From positions 28,708,001 to 28,772,000 of the forward strand of contig CM059433.1 of the NCBI GenBank assembly GCA_030390025.1: a stretch of 64,000 bases of DNA. Direction: 5' to 3'. Within the stretch, counting starts at the first letter, position 1. Every line of letters starts with the position of its first letter. A model generated the notes under the pieces. The model ran no database searches. It was given only the letters and a program-made list of their open reading frames with translations, and was not told the origin of the DNA. The position numbers and the translations under genes were made by a program. This stretch comes from Squalus acanthias. Lineage: Eukaryota. Shown one piece after another: positions 49,552-62,469 of this stretch.

Positions 49552-50475
49552 GGGGGAGAAATTCACTATCGCCCCGTTTGGGGTGCTAAATTTTAAAAGG
49601 CCTAGGGGTAAAAATTCAGTATCGCCCCATTTGGGGCGCTAACCTCGCCGGGGCGCGACTTTTAGCGCCCCGAAAAAATTAGCGGCCCCGCGCCGGAACT
49701 TCAGTGGTTGCGCCCCAAGAGGGAAGCGGGGCGCAACTGGAAGCAGCCCGCATCCCTCTTGGGGCGCTGCGAGTGAATATCCTGGCGCTACGTGCCGCAG
49801 CGCCACGCGCTGCGGCACGTCGCGCCGTGGTATTGCAGGCCTTCCTCCCCTTCTTAAAGGGGAGGGACCCTGCGCAGCGCGAACCGGGGCCCAGCTGGGC
49901 CCCCAGGGATCGGGAGTGCCGGCAAAAGAGCCCGGCACTCAAGAGAAGTGCCGGGCTCATGGAGCGCAGCCGGCACTTCACGGTGGGGGGGCTTCACGGG
50001 GGCCGGGGGCAGGTGCTGGCAGGCGGCCAGCAACAAAAATGGCCGCCTGCCACCTCCGCTTTAAATATCGCCGCCCCGGCCGCACGTACGCCTCCCTGAA
50101 CCCGTCGGACATAGCGTCTGGCGGTAAATCAGGGGGCGCGACTGAAGATCACGGCCGGGGCGCGAGCGGGGTGCTGCGCACGGCGATGACGTCATCGCCG
50201 GCGGCGCAGCGCCACAGGGCGCTACCGGCTGCCGCCGCCGCTAACCTCCCACTAAATTTTTCGGGAGGCGTGGGCGGCGCTGCGCCCGGGCGTTAGCTGC
50301 TTTACGCCCCATTAGCGCCCACTTAAGGCGCTAACGGGAGGCGCAAGCAGCTGAATTTTTCCCCCCTAATGTTTCTAAACTTTAAAAAAATTCGGTTTTG
50401 CGCTCCACTTACTTCTTGGAGCCATTTGCACGGGGGGCGCTAAGGGGAGGCGCAAAGGCACCCAATTTCGCCCCC
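49552..50475. mobile_element. Short Harbinger-type MITE (family of 51219-51977) containing a nested MITE
   Basis: Termini gggggagaaatt / aatttcgccccc, TSD TTT. Confidence 0.82.
49605..50365. mobile_element. Nested GC-rich Harbinger-type MITE
   Basis: TIRs ggggtaaaaattcag / ctgaatttttccccc, TSD CTA. Confidence 0.9.
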
Positions 50476-51218
50476 TTTATTTTTCCAGTAAGTTTACCAA
50501 TTTGTGTCTAATTATGGGAAGCAATGGACTAAACACAAGGAGCTAAACTGAGATTGCTTTAATTTATTGCTCAGAGTCAGCAGAAGAATGGAATTATAAA
50601 TCCTATATCTGCAAGCAAGGATATTGAAACTCATGTTCTAGGGGTGTCATTTATTCCCGGCCTCTACCCTCTGTAAGTTTACTACTAACAGCTGTGAGCA
50701 TCATGTTCATCTGGTTTTATATATTCTGTACAATATGTTCTCTATTCCATTTTTCCAATTAATTTTGAGCAACAAACTCAACCATTCAAGCACAGTGCCA
50801 CCGATAATATTGTTCCATCAGTGTCACAGTGTGAAAATTATATCTCAAATCACAATGCAAATTCAGTAACCAGCTTGTTTCTCTTTTCAAATTTTCTTCT
50901 CTATTTCAGCAGAAAAATAGTAGCTTTCGTTTTCCTTTTCAAAAAAATTATCCCTCTTAAAGAAAAGGAAACGCTGACATTTTGGGTATTACCTTTTTTT
51001 TTTCCATCTAAACTGTTAACCTGTCCTTCTCTTTCAAATACTGACTCATCTATCTTTATTTCTGATTTTTAGCATTCATAGTTTGCTGCTTATCCCTCGA
51101 AAGTCTAGTGACAGGGATCCCAGTTTTCTTCAAATGCATTAATACTTGATTTATGTCCTATTTATTTGTTCAATAAAGGTGCAGTTAATTGGTTTTCCAA
51201 ATCAGAATCAAAAACAAA

Positions 51219-51977
51219 GGGGACGAATTGAGTGCCTTTGCGCCTCCTGTTAGCGCCCCCGGGGGCGGTAACGGGGCGCAAATGGCCTTACGACTGGGCG
51301 CGGCGCTGACATCGACTCCCGCCATATTTGCCGGGAGTTTTGCGGTGGCGCTACAGCGTTGTGCCCCGATCTCCTTCGCCTGGAGATCGTGACGTCATCG
51401 CTGTGCGCATCGGCCTGGTAGCGCCCTGGACCGAAACTGACTTCCGCCCCCTGCAGCAGCGCCGGTCGAAAACACCGACAGCTGCAGGAGGCGTGCATCG
51501 GGCGGCCGGCCGCTTCAGGGGCGATGATTAAAGGCGAGGTGGTCGAGGTAAGTAAAAAAAAAACTTACCTTTTTTGATCTCGTTTTTTCGCGGGTTTCTG
51601 CCCGCGGTCGATCAGCCTGGCACTCTGCTTGAGTGCCGGGCTGATCGCGCAGGATCGCGGCTGCCTTGGTGGTCCAGGTAGGTACTTTTTAAATTGCAGA
51701 GCCTGCAGCGATGGCCCTTCTCTTTAAGGGAGGGAAGGAGCCTTTGAACGCGGCAGCGCTGCACGGCCCAGTGTGCAGCGCTGCTGAAGTCTCCGCCCCG
51801 CCTGCTGCCGATTGCGCTCCAAGAAGGAAGTGGAGTGCTTGATTTAGCGCTCCACTTTCTTCCTGGAGCGCAAAACCGAATTTTTTTTTAAAGTTTAGGA
51901 ACAGTAGCGCCTGGCGCTAATTTTCTCAACTTTTAAAATTTAGCGCCCCAAACGGGGCTATAATGAATTTCTCCCCC
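51219..51977. mobile_element. GC-rich Harbinger-type MITE
   Basis: Termini ggggacgaattg / gaatttctccccc, TSD AAA. The ends match 49552-50475 in inverted orientation. Confidence 0.85.
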
Positions 51978-52689
51978 AAAGTCTAGCATTTATATAGCAC
52001 CTTTCACAACCTCATGACGTCCCAGAGCGCTTCACAGCCAATGAAATACTTCGGAAGCGTAGTCACTGCTATAATGTAGGAAACGCAGCAGCCACAGTAA
52101 GCTCCCATAAACTGAAATGTGATAATGGCCATGATAATAATCAGTTTTAGTGATGTTGGTTGAGGGATAAATATTGGCCAGGACACCGGGGAGAACTCCC
52201 CCGCTCTTCTTCAAAATAGTGCCATGGGATCTTTTACATCCACACGAGAGGGCAGAGGCCTTGGTTTAAGGTCTCATCCATTCAAGAACATTTTCCTTTG
52301 GAAACAAGAGCAGTGAAGATCAATAATATATTTTACTGTTGTTATGATCTGGAATGCACTGCCTGAAAGAGTGGTGGAAGCAGATTCAATAGAAACTTTT
52401 TAAAGAAGAATTGGCTATATAGTTGAAAAGGAAGCAATTGCAGAGCTATGGGGAAAGAGCAGGGGAGTGGGACTAATTGGGTCAAAGAAAAAGGGCCCCA
52501 CAAATTTAGCAGTGGTGCAATGCCCGTGCAGATCAGGCGCAGGCCGTCCCATTGATCAATCGGTCTGCCCTGAGCTCGTTTTTCTCCTCAAAAAACAGGC
52601 ACAACGCATACCAATTGCTACCCCAACATTGACTGGCCTGTTAAACCACAGGAATGGTTTCAGAAAGGCTACTGTTTACAAGGATGGTA

Positions 52690-53150
52690 CCATAACTGAG
52701 AGGTTATACCCATCAGGAAAGACTGAACAGGCTGGGGCTCTTTTCTCTAGATAAGATAAGGCTGAACGGTGCCCTGATAGAGGTCTTTAAAATTATGAAC
52801 GTATTTGATAGGGTAGACGTAGAGAAGATGTTTCTATTTGTAGGGAGTCCAAAACTAGTGGTCATAAATATAAGATCGTCACTAATAAATCCAATAGGAA
52901 TTCAGGAGGAACTTCTTTACCCAGAGAGTGGTGAGAATGTGGAACTCACTACCACAGGGAGTGGTTGAGGCGAATAGCATAGATGCATTTAAGAGGAAGC
53001 GAGATAAACATGAGGGAGAAAGGAATAGAAGGATATGCGGATAAGGTTAGATGAAGTAGAGTGGGAATAGGCTCTAATGGAGCATAAATTCTTGCACAGA
53101 CCTGTTGGGCCGAATGACTTGTTTCTGTGTTGTAAATTCTATGTAATTCC
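52690..53150 (+). mobile_element. CR1 3' fragment
   Basis: gatagggtagacgtagagaagatgtttc...tgtaaattctatgtaattc tail. Same family at ~15112(-), 30500(-), 41710(-), 48240 and 56070. Confidence 0.8.
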
Positions 53151-54334
53151 ATGACATGCATACAATTATGTGCATTTTGCAAAATCACATACACCGTGTA
53201 AACGGCATAAATTGCCAATAGCTGTACATTATATAAGGCAGTGACCTATTAAGAATAGTTTTAGGCAGTTTGATTAATTTACATTAGAAAGGATTATCCA
53301 CAGTGTATGCTTTTGGGAGTAAATACAATGAGTGTTAGCTGACCAAGAGACAGGAGGGAATAAGATTGCTCAGAGTACACAGAGAAATGGAAGGTCTAAA
53401 TTCAGATAAGGGGGTGTTAATGGATAAGCTTAAATACTTTTATACTAATGGAAAGAACATTAGGAATAAACTAGTGGAATTAGATGATACACATCTTCAC
53501 AGAAACATGCTGCAAGTAGAGAAGGAATAAGAAATGGAGCTAGGAATGAAAGCTGGGTTTATTAAGTTGATATAGAAGGTAAAATCCTTAAAGGCGTGGA
53601 GGAACAGGAAGATCTAGAGGTGCGGATACACTGACTTGAACAATTAACCAACTTGCAGCTTGAAAGCCACTGAAGAGGACACCAGGATTCTTAGGGGGTG
53701 AAATTGGTCATAGAATCATAGAGCACAGGAGGTCATTCGGCCCATCGTGCCTGTGCCGGCTCTTTGAAAGAGCTCTCCAACTAGTCCCACTCCCCGGTCT
53801 TTCCCCATAGTACTGCAATGTTTTCTCCTTCAAGTATTTATCCAATTGCCTTTTGAAAGTTACTCTTGAATCTACTTCAATCACCCTTTCAGGCAGTGCA
53901 TTGCAGATCATAACAACTTGCTGTGTAAAAAAAAATTCTCCTCATCTCCCCTCTGGTTCTTTTGCCAATTACTTTAAATCTGTGTCCTCTGGTTGCTGAC
54001 CCTTCTGCCCCTGAAAACAGTTTCTCCTTATATACTCTATCAAAACCCTTCATTTAAATCTCCCCTTAGCCTTCTTTGCTCTAAGGTGAATAATCCCAGT
54101 TTCTCCAATCTCTCCACATAACTGAAGTCTTACAGCAACAACTTGCATTTATGTAGTGCCTTTAATGTAGAAAAATGTTCTGTATCAGAAAGCAGCAACA
54201 TACTGTTCTTGTTGGGTTGGGATCTCTGGGACGTGAATATGTTTGGGATTGATAAGAGATTTTACTCCTGGAGTCGAGAATTTCAATTTGGGAGTTGAAC
54301 CTCCTATTATATTTATAACAGGGTGCAGGCAAAG

Positions 54335-54720
54335 GCCTGGACTAATAATCCAGAGAACGTGAGTTCAGTTCCCATCATGCCACCACTGAGAATTTGAATT
54401 CAGTTAAAGAAATCTGGAAATAAAGAGCTGGAGTCAGTAAAAATGACCATGAAGCTGTCGGATTATCATAAAAACCCAACCGTTCACTGATGTCCTTTAG
54501 GGAAGGAAACCTGCCCGGTCTGGGCCTATATGTGACTCCAGTCCCACACCAACATGGTTGATTCTTAACTGCCCTCCAAAGAGCCCTAGCAAGGCACTCA
54601 GCTGTACCAAACTGCTACCAGCGGTTCAAGAAGAAGGCCCATCACCAACTTTTCAAGGGCAATTAGGAGTGGGCAATGAATGCTGGCCATGCCAGCGACG
54701 CTAACATCCTGAGAGTGATT
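54335..54720 (+). mobile_element. SINE of a second family (possibly MetaSINE-like) sharing the tail of LINE 47215-48170
   Basis: tRNA-like head remnant, central ttcactgatgtcctttagggaaggaaacctgcc, tail cagcggttcaagaagaaggcc...aagggcaattagg...gccagcgacgc. Confidence 0.65.
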
Positions 54721-56731
54721 TTTTAAAATTGTTTAAGTGAATATCTCCCTTTCCTTACTCCAGTCAATGGGTGTGTTCTTCATATTCAGCACTCAGTCCA
54801 AGGTTGAATCTCTCCTAACGGAATAAGGATATATTTTCCCAAACTGAGGAGATTTTTTTTTTGCGTCCAGATCCATACAGTTTCTGGCTGATGAACTGAC
54901 GGCTCGAGACTGGAAGTGTGGAAGGCGACATTTTCACAAGCTTTTTAATTTGTTTCTTATATAATAGCAAGTGACAGCAGTGAATGTATTGGTGCCAGTT
55001 CCCAGTACTCATTTCCACATTAGGTTTCAAGTAACATCCATGGAGTGCCAGAATATTCACATTATATTGTAGAGATCGATCTTTCAGATGAGACGTTAAA
55101 CTGAGGCCCCGTCTGCCCTCTCAGGGGGACATAAAAGATCCCATGGCCCCTATTTTGAAGAAGAGCTGGGGAGTTCCATTAAATCTCCCCTTAACCTTCT
55201 CTGCTCTAAGGGGAACAATCCCAGCTTCTCTAGTCTCTCCACATAACTGAAGTCCCTCATTCCTGGTACTATTCTGGTAATTCTCCTCTGAACCTTCTCC
55301 AAGGCCTTGACATCCTTCCTACAGTGTGATGCCCAGAATTGGACACAAAACTCCAGCTGAGGACTAACTATAAAGGTTTAGAATCATTTATTTTTGCTTT
55401 TGTGCACTATTTATATAGCCAAGGATCCTGTATGCTTTTTTAACAGCCTTATCGACTTGTCTTGCTACCTTCAAAGATTTGTGTACATGAACCCTCGTGT
55501 CTCTGTATTCCTGCACCCCCTTTAAATTTGTACCATTTCGTTTATATTGCTTCTCCTCATTCTTTCTCCTAAAATGCATCAAAAGAGTGGAAACCTGGAA
55601 GATAAAGTGGATGATCAGTGCACAGGGATATAGATCATGCCTGTCATTCAAACAGCCCATATAGGAAGCCTTAATTTAAACAACTTCCCATTTTCATTCA
55701 TCACATTCTGCCTATAAAAAAGACAACACCTGCCTATCAAGGGATGTTTCAACCTTATTTAATCTTGCAGCTCAAAGATTGTTAAAAGCCATAACAAAAC
55801 AGCTAATATTCGAGACAGTTTGCTACTCCCTCAGAGTAATGGTACACGATCCTTTTGACCGCAGGAGTCAAACCTACCTTCATCAGTGCAGAGAGGAATG
55901 GACTGAAGGTGAGCAGAGTCCGCACATCTGGCTTGTAGGTTCAATCTAGCCAGACACACATTTTTGCACTGCTCCCAACATTTGCTAATTATCAGGCCTG
56001 ACTGTTGTGACAGAAACTCTGCTGGCCTTACTACATCCTAATCGTGGAGAACAAGATCATGTCTGAATGGAGTAGAGGAGCGAAGGGATCTAATGGTACA
56101 GATTTACAAATCAATAAAAGTAGCTACGCAGGTTAACAAGGCCAATAAAAAATGCAAACAAAGCACTGGGGTTCATTTCTAGCACAACAGAATTGAAAAG
56201 CAAAGAGAGGTTATGTTAATCTTATATAGAACTTTGGTTAGACCACACAGTGCTGGTCTCCATATTACAAAAAGGATATACAGGCACTGGAGAAGGTGCA
56301 AAAAAGATTTACAAGAATGATACCTCAACTGAGAGGTTATAACTATCAGTAAAGATTGAACAGGCTGGGAATCTTTTCTCTTGAAAAGAGAAGGCTGAGG
56401 GGTGACCAGATAGAGGTCTTTAAAATTATGAAGGGGTTCGATAGGGTAAACGTAGAGAAGATGTTTCCACTTGTGGGGGAGTCCAAAACTAGAGGACACA
56501 AATATAAGATGGTTACTAATAAATCCAATAAGGAATTCAGGAGAAACTTCTTTACTCAGAGAGTGGTTAGAATGTGGAACTCACTACTTTGCTTTTCAAT
56601 TCTATCCCTCAACAAATGAACCCAGTGCTTTGATTTATTTTTATGGCCTTAATAACCTGCGCTGCTACTTTTAGTGATTTGTGTATCTGTAACCCAGATT
56701 CCTCTGTTCCTCTACCCCATTTAGACACTTA

Positions 56732-57532
56732 GGGGGCGATTTTCCCAGCCCTGGGGAGGCGGGTATGGAGGCGGGACTGCTGGGAAAATGGCAGAATCTG
56801 GGAGCGGGTACCCATCCCGCTCCCAACCCGTTCCTCTGCCATCTTCCCAGGAGGCGGGTACCCGACCCGCGGCGGATCCCGTCTCCTCGAGGCGGGAATG
56901 GCAGTTTTTTGGCTAATCCCTATTTTGCCACCTAAAGTGTGGGCTTCCCGACGGCTCCGAACCGCGCCTGGATCAGCGAGGCGAGCCGTGGGTCTGTGGG
57001 GGTCGGAGGGGCCGAAATGTCCGGTGTGCAGGTGAGTGATGAGTGCAAGTGTGGAGAGGTAAGTGTGTGAGGTGAGTCTGAAGTGTTTTAATAAATTACT
57101 TACCTTTGCTTCTTCCTCCAGGCTTCATCCCTTTAGGCTGCGGAGCTGCCTCATCTCACCGGCAGAGATAGCAGAATGGCCGCTGCATTCTTAAAAGAAG
57201 CAGCCTTCTGCTTTCTGCTCAGGAAAGCTTTCTAATTGAGTCTTGAGTAAAGACTCAACTTAGAAGACAGATTGTCAGTGTTTGAGAGCTTCACAGAGCT
57301 GTCAAACGATGACAATTCATCTGTCAAAAAATCTTGATAGATGAAATGTCATTCGCTGACGTCATCTGTCACTGGCTTTCCCTTAATTGGCCTGTTAAGC
57401 CCGCTGGGCGGGCTTAACAAGGTCAATCAAGGGAAAATAGCGTGGGTTGGCTGGACGTCGATGGAGGTAGGACTAAAACCCGACAAGCAGCAGTCCCGCC
57501 TCCATCACGTCCCCATTGATAAAATCACCCCC
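56732..57532. mobile_element. Harbinger-type MITE (family of 25344-26189) inside a minus-strand CR1 fragment
   Basis: Termini gggggcgattttcc / aaaatcaccccc, flanks TTA/CTA. Confidence 0.85.
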
Positions 57533-58291
57533 CTATTTTCCAAGGAGTATGTGGCCTCCTTATACTTCCTACCAAAATGCATTACCTCACACTTATCTAT
57601 ATTGAAATTAATTTGCCAATTACACGCCCATTCTGCAAGCTTATTAATGTCTTCTTGTAACTTGCCCAGTCTTCCTCAGAATTAACTACATGTCCAAATT
57701 TGGTGTCGTCCGCAAAGTTTGAGATTGAACTTCTGTCACATTGTGTGATCCTAAATGTAATGCAATTTCTGAGGGATTCCACTCCAATTTCTTGTATGTC
57801 AGTTGCAGATGGCTGTGCAGGAAGATCTCTGGTCTTATTTTTTCTGCTTTATGCTGTTTACTGGGCTCCCTTGATTTTCACGGTTTATTTTTCTACAAGA
57901 GGCTCATGTTTTTACTGACAACTGAGAAAACGTAAACTTTTCGAAGATTATTTTTTTAAAGCTTTGATTTCTTTCCCTGCCCATTTCAATATGTGAATCC
58001 TAGGACCCTAAGCTCCGGCATTCCCTCCCTAAACCTCTCCGCCTCTCGCTCCTCCTTTAAGACGCTGCTTAGACATTTGGTCCTAATATCTCCTCTTTAG
58101 CTCTGTGTCAATTTTTGTCTGATAACGCTCCTGTGAAGCGCCTTGGGACATTTTACTATGTTATATAAATGCAAGTTGTTGCTGATGTGCCTTTTTTTTG
58201 TTCTCTGTCCCGCTCCTTCTCTCACTACCTTTTTTCATCGCCTGTCTGTTCAAACACGACAGCCACCTACAAAGAACAAATACCATGATTT

Positions 58292-59057
58292 GGCCCAGAA
58301 TTTGCTGGACTGGGGCATCTCACAGTGTGCCTCGTTAGTTAGATTTTTCCCTCACCTTCAGCTCAAAATCTTTTTGTGCCGTAACTTGCTGTAAGTGAAA
58401 GCTGATAACGGCACGGCGAGGGCAATGGGGCATCTGGGACTTTAGTGAACGATGGGACCAGCAGTCCAGCTCCTTAACCAATGAGATTTAAGGATTCAGA
58501 AAGAAACAGAGGAATGATAGAGAAGCAAATAGGGTGAATTCGAGACAGACCAGGTACAGAAAGAGAAATAAAGAGAGGGAAATAAAGATTGGATTGAGAG
58601 CGAGAGAGAGAGAAAAAGAGGCAGAAAGGAAAAGTAAGAATTTTTTTTCAATTTAAAATTTAGAAAACTCTAAGAACAATTTACTACTTATAGGAATGAG
58701 ACTCCACAGATTCAATTGTTCCCTTTCTGGGTCGGAGAGGTTGAGTGGCATTGCAGGAACATAAATCTCCTCATTAAAAGAGTCCTTATGCTGTTAAGTA
58801 CCAGTCCTAGCTTTCTTTGGCGTGTTTGATTGATAATTAATGCGCAAATGCAGCAATTTCTTGAAACTCACGGCGGTTGAGGGCGAGCTGCCGTTTTTGC
58901 GAGGCTAACGGCGGAACGGCGCAAATCGTCCCGCAACTTGTGGCGACTTGCAATTCTCAGGGTATCGCTTCCTCGCCACAAATTGCTGGACGATTTACAC
59001 ACTAAAAACAGTGCGCGCATCAAACTCTTTTTTCATTTTCCCAGTGATTTCTGGGCT
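58292..59057. mobile_element. Older TIR element (Harbinger-type MITE)
   Basis: Termini ggcccagaatttgctgg / ccagtgatttctgggct; TSD not clear. Confidence 0.55.
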
Positions 59058-61917
59058 GTCCAGTTCGATTCGATAGGTTCCGAGATGGCTGAAACGGGTC
59101 GAACAAGAGGAAAGTAATGTCAGGGTGGAAATGATGGGACAACTCAGCGAAAGGAATGAAAGATAAAGACCTGTTCAGAATAAACACGTTTAGCACCAGT
59201 GGGGGTTGAGCTTTCGCGGAGATTCTCCCGCTTGACCGGGTGACTTGGGTGGAAGGTCTGCGGAAATCCCGGAGAAACGAAGAAACCCCTCCCCTCGCGA
59301 AAAGTGAACCCCCAAAGTTTTGTGTTTTTTTTGATGCCTCTTTTGCTCAACCCATTTCACCTATCTCAGAATCTCTCGTCTCGAACTGGATGGCCCAGAA
59401 TTCGCTGGGAAAATAACAGCGAGTTTAACGTGCACACCGTTATTAGTGTGCGAATAACCCAGCAATTTGTGGCAAGGAAGAGATACCCCGTGAATTCATG
59501 CACATTAAGAAGATGGGCGATGGGAATGGAATACTGGTCGATTGGTGCACACAATGTGAGCACCAAACACTCCCCACATCTGGTATAGCTTAATTATCTG
59601 CCATGTAACACCTCCGTCTACTTTGTCATTAAAAGGAACCTCAGCCCCAGGTTCAAAAGAGTACCCCCAATAAAGCGATACAACATTTTGTTGGAGGGAG
59701 GGCAGGAAATCGGCAGGTCGGGTCTGGGAGGGGAAGGAGGGTTCTGGGGGTGCAGGGGAGGCCCTTGCATGGGGCAAGCAATGGGCTGGAGTTTTTTTCA
59801 TGGGCCCAGAACGATGCCCTCCTGCTCTTCCTCGCCCCACTATAATTTCTTTGGCCGTTTGTTGAGTGGCCATTGATGGTCCCAATCGGAACCGCTGCTC
59901 AGACCGCTCAAGCCTGGTATCAAAGGGCGGAGCGTGCGCAGCGCATACTCTGCCCATTTGTACCTGAATATGAACCATACAAAACTGAGGGGCAGGAAAA
60001 GACCAGCTGGTCCATCAAGCCTGCCCCAGAGCATCATGACTAAACACTTCCTACCCACTCCCCCTCCCCTCTCCGCTGCTGTGTAATCTCCTGGGAGAAG
60101 CAAAAAAAAACAGAGGAAAAATCCAGGGCCAATAAGTGGGAAAAAATACTCTGCAAAATTCCTCACCGACACCCTCAGGCGATCGAAAGCAGCCCAGGAG
60201 ATCACACGGACCAAATGTTATCTATGAAGACATTTACCTTCGATATGATGTGATCTCTGCCCCAGTCAGGAACCAGTCCTGCTTCCTCTTGAAGGCAGAG
60301 AGTCAGCACCCACCACACCATTGCTCACTGGGGGTCCTACAACCGACCTAAGACCCTGACTAACATATTTATGCAGCCCCCTTACCTGAAAATTGTCTCA
60401 GGTGGGCCTTATAGATTGTCAATGGGGTGAGTGGCTGAGCTTCCACAAACTCTCCCCGGCCCTCCCCCGCACCGATTTCCATTTGCGCGTCGCCTGGCAA
60501 CGAGCAGCCGGCAGTTCAAAATCACCCCTAGCACGTACAAGTGAAATTGCAGCCAGGATAATGTAGGAGAAGCTAAAATAGAACGATGTCAGTTGCACTT
60601 ATAGAAATGGCTGGATGTGGGAACCTGTGTGGTAGCAACAACAACTTGCATTTCTATAGCACCTTTAACCAATAAAACGCCCCAAGGCGCTTCACAGGAG
60701 CGATTATCAAACAACATTTGACACCGAGCCACAAAAGGAGATATTACGACAGGTGACCAAAAGCCTGGTCAAAGAGGTAGGTTTTAAGGAGCGTCTTAAA
60801 GGAGGAAAGAGGTAGAGAGGCGGAGAGGTTTAGGGAGGGAATTCCAGATCCAGAGGGCCTAGACAGCTGAAAGCACGGCCGCCAATGGTCAGCGAGCACA
60901 AGGGTGATGGGTGAACGGGACTTGGTTCGAGATACGGGCAGCCGAATTTTGGATGAACTGAAGTTTACGGAGGGCAGAACATGGGAGGCTGGCCAGGAGC
61001 GCATTGGAATAGTTGAGTCTAGAGGAAACAAAGGCACGGATGAGGGCTTCAGCAGCAGCTGGGCGAATGCTTGATAACTGTGGGGCTTTTTCCGCCCCCC
61101 CCCGCACAATAACCTCTGCAATTTCCTCAGCGAACATTTGCCATAAAGCTTTCCAACCTTTCATTGTATCGTTCCTCTGTAACGGTTTCTATCCACACTA
61201 CTTCTGTTTAATGATCTCTCACATCAGTCACACAGCTGCTAATTTGCAAGACAAGTCTGCATCTAGGTACGGCTTAGCAACGCGCTACAAATTACACAGG
61301 AACCAAGCTCTTACTCCTAAATCATTAATCATTCAGAGGCACCTGGGAGAGACAGTCGGGTATGACACAAATAGCTGCTACAAGGGCAAACAGTGCGACA
61401 GACACGCAAGTCTCAGAAAAAAAAATGAATATTACAACCAGGCACATGTGATAAACCCGTCAGATTTAGTGTCCAGAAATTTATTCCACTACAGAAACAA
61501 GAGATTGCTTTTCCTCTCTGCATGCAACCGTTTTCTTTGTTATGAAAGCTACATTAACATGACCTTTACAATTCACAACGAAAGACAAGATTCCGGGTAG
61601 AGCAGTTTCCTGTGCAAAAAAACAGTGATCATTTTGAGGCTTTTCATAAATATTCATGCTGCTGCTAATAGGAGGCCGCTACATCACTGTTCAGTGCAGC
61701 AGTAACTTTTTTAGGAAGAGATCTAAATGAAATAGATTACTCTTCTCTGGTGGTGAGGTACTGGCAGAATGCTGAAATAGGGACAAAAGAATTGGGACAA
61801 TTTAAAGTTCAGACAGATGCCTAAAATTAAGAGCATCTGGATCCAACACTGAATCTGCAGCCATCTATGAATATTTATATCTAATGATCTTCATATTAAA
61901 AAATGATGCATCTGCAT

Positions 61918-62100
61918 GCACTTCCTGTCACGTAACTGTCTGCACGCTTCACGTAACAGATTCTGTACACTTCACGTAACTGTCTGCACGCTTCACGTAA
62001 CAGCCTCTGCACGCTTCCCATCACATAACAGCCTCTGCACGCTTCACGTAACAGCCTCTCCATGCTTCACGTAACAGACTGTGCACGCTTCCCATCACAT
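61918..62100. repeat. Variable 20-28-bp tandem repeat (tgcacgcttcacgtaacagcctc), about 8 units
   Basis: Repeated tcacgtaac / tgcacgcttc motifs. Confidence 0.85.
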
Positions 62101-62469
62101 TTCAAGCCTCACGATCTGCCATTGCACTTTGTTGACTGGCGCAAATTCTACCATCAAAGAAAGATGGCAAAGTAATCAAATCGCCCAAATCACTGTTTTG
62201 AAAAACTTTCGATCACCATTTTTTATTGTCCGTAGCCTACCAAATATGCACTTGGAATAAAAACATCTTAAAAATTACATATTCCACAATAACGTGATTA
62301 AACTCACCTATAAACGTTCTTAAAGTGTCTCTGAGTAGCTTCAGTAACATTTTTATTTGAAGGCCACAGACTTTCTCAAAAGCCAAGGCTTGAAATTTGC
62401 ATCTCGATGCAGAGTTATCACTGTGCTGCTTCAGGGAGATGATGCCTTGGGAAACCTGAAGCCACTAAC

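Noticed and set aside
56070..57735. Twin-priming inversion within a single CR1
   Set aside because: The + and - pieces overlap by over 100 bp of consensus and are clearly diverged from each other, so they are more likely two independent copies.
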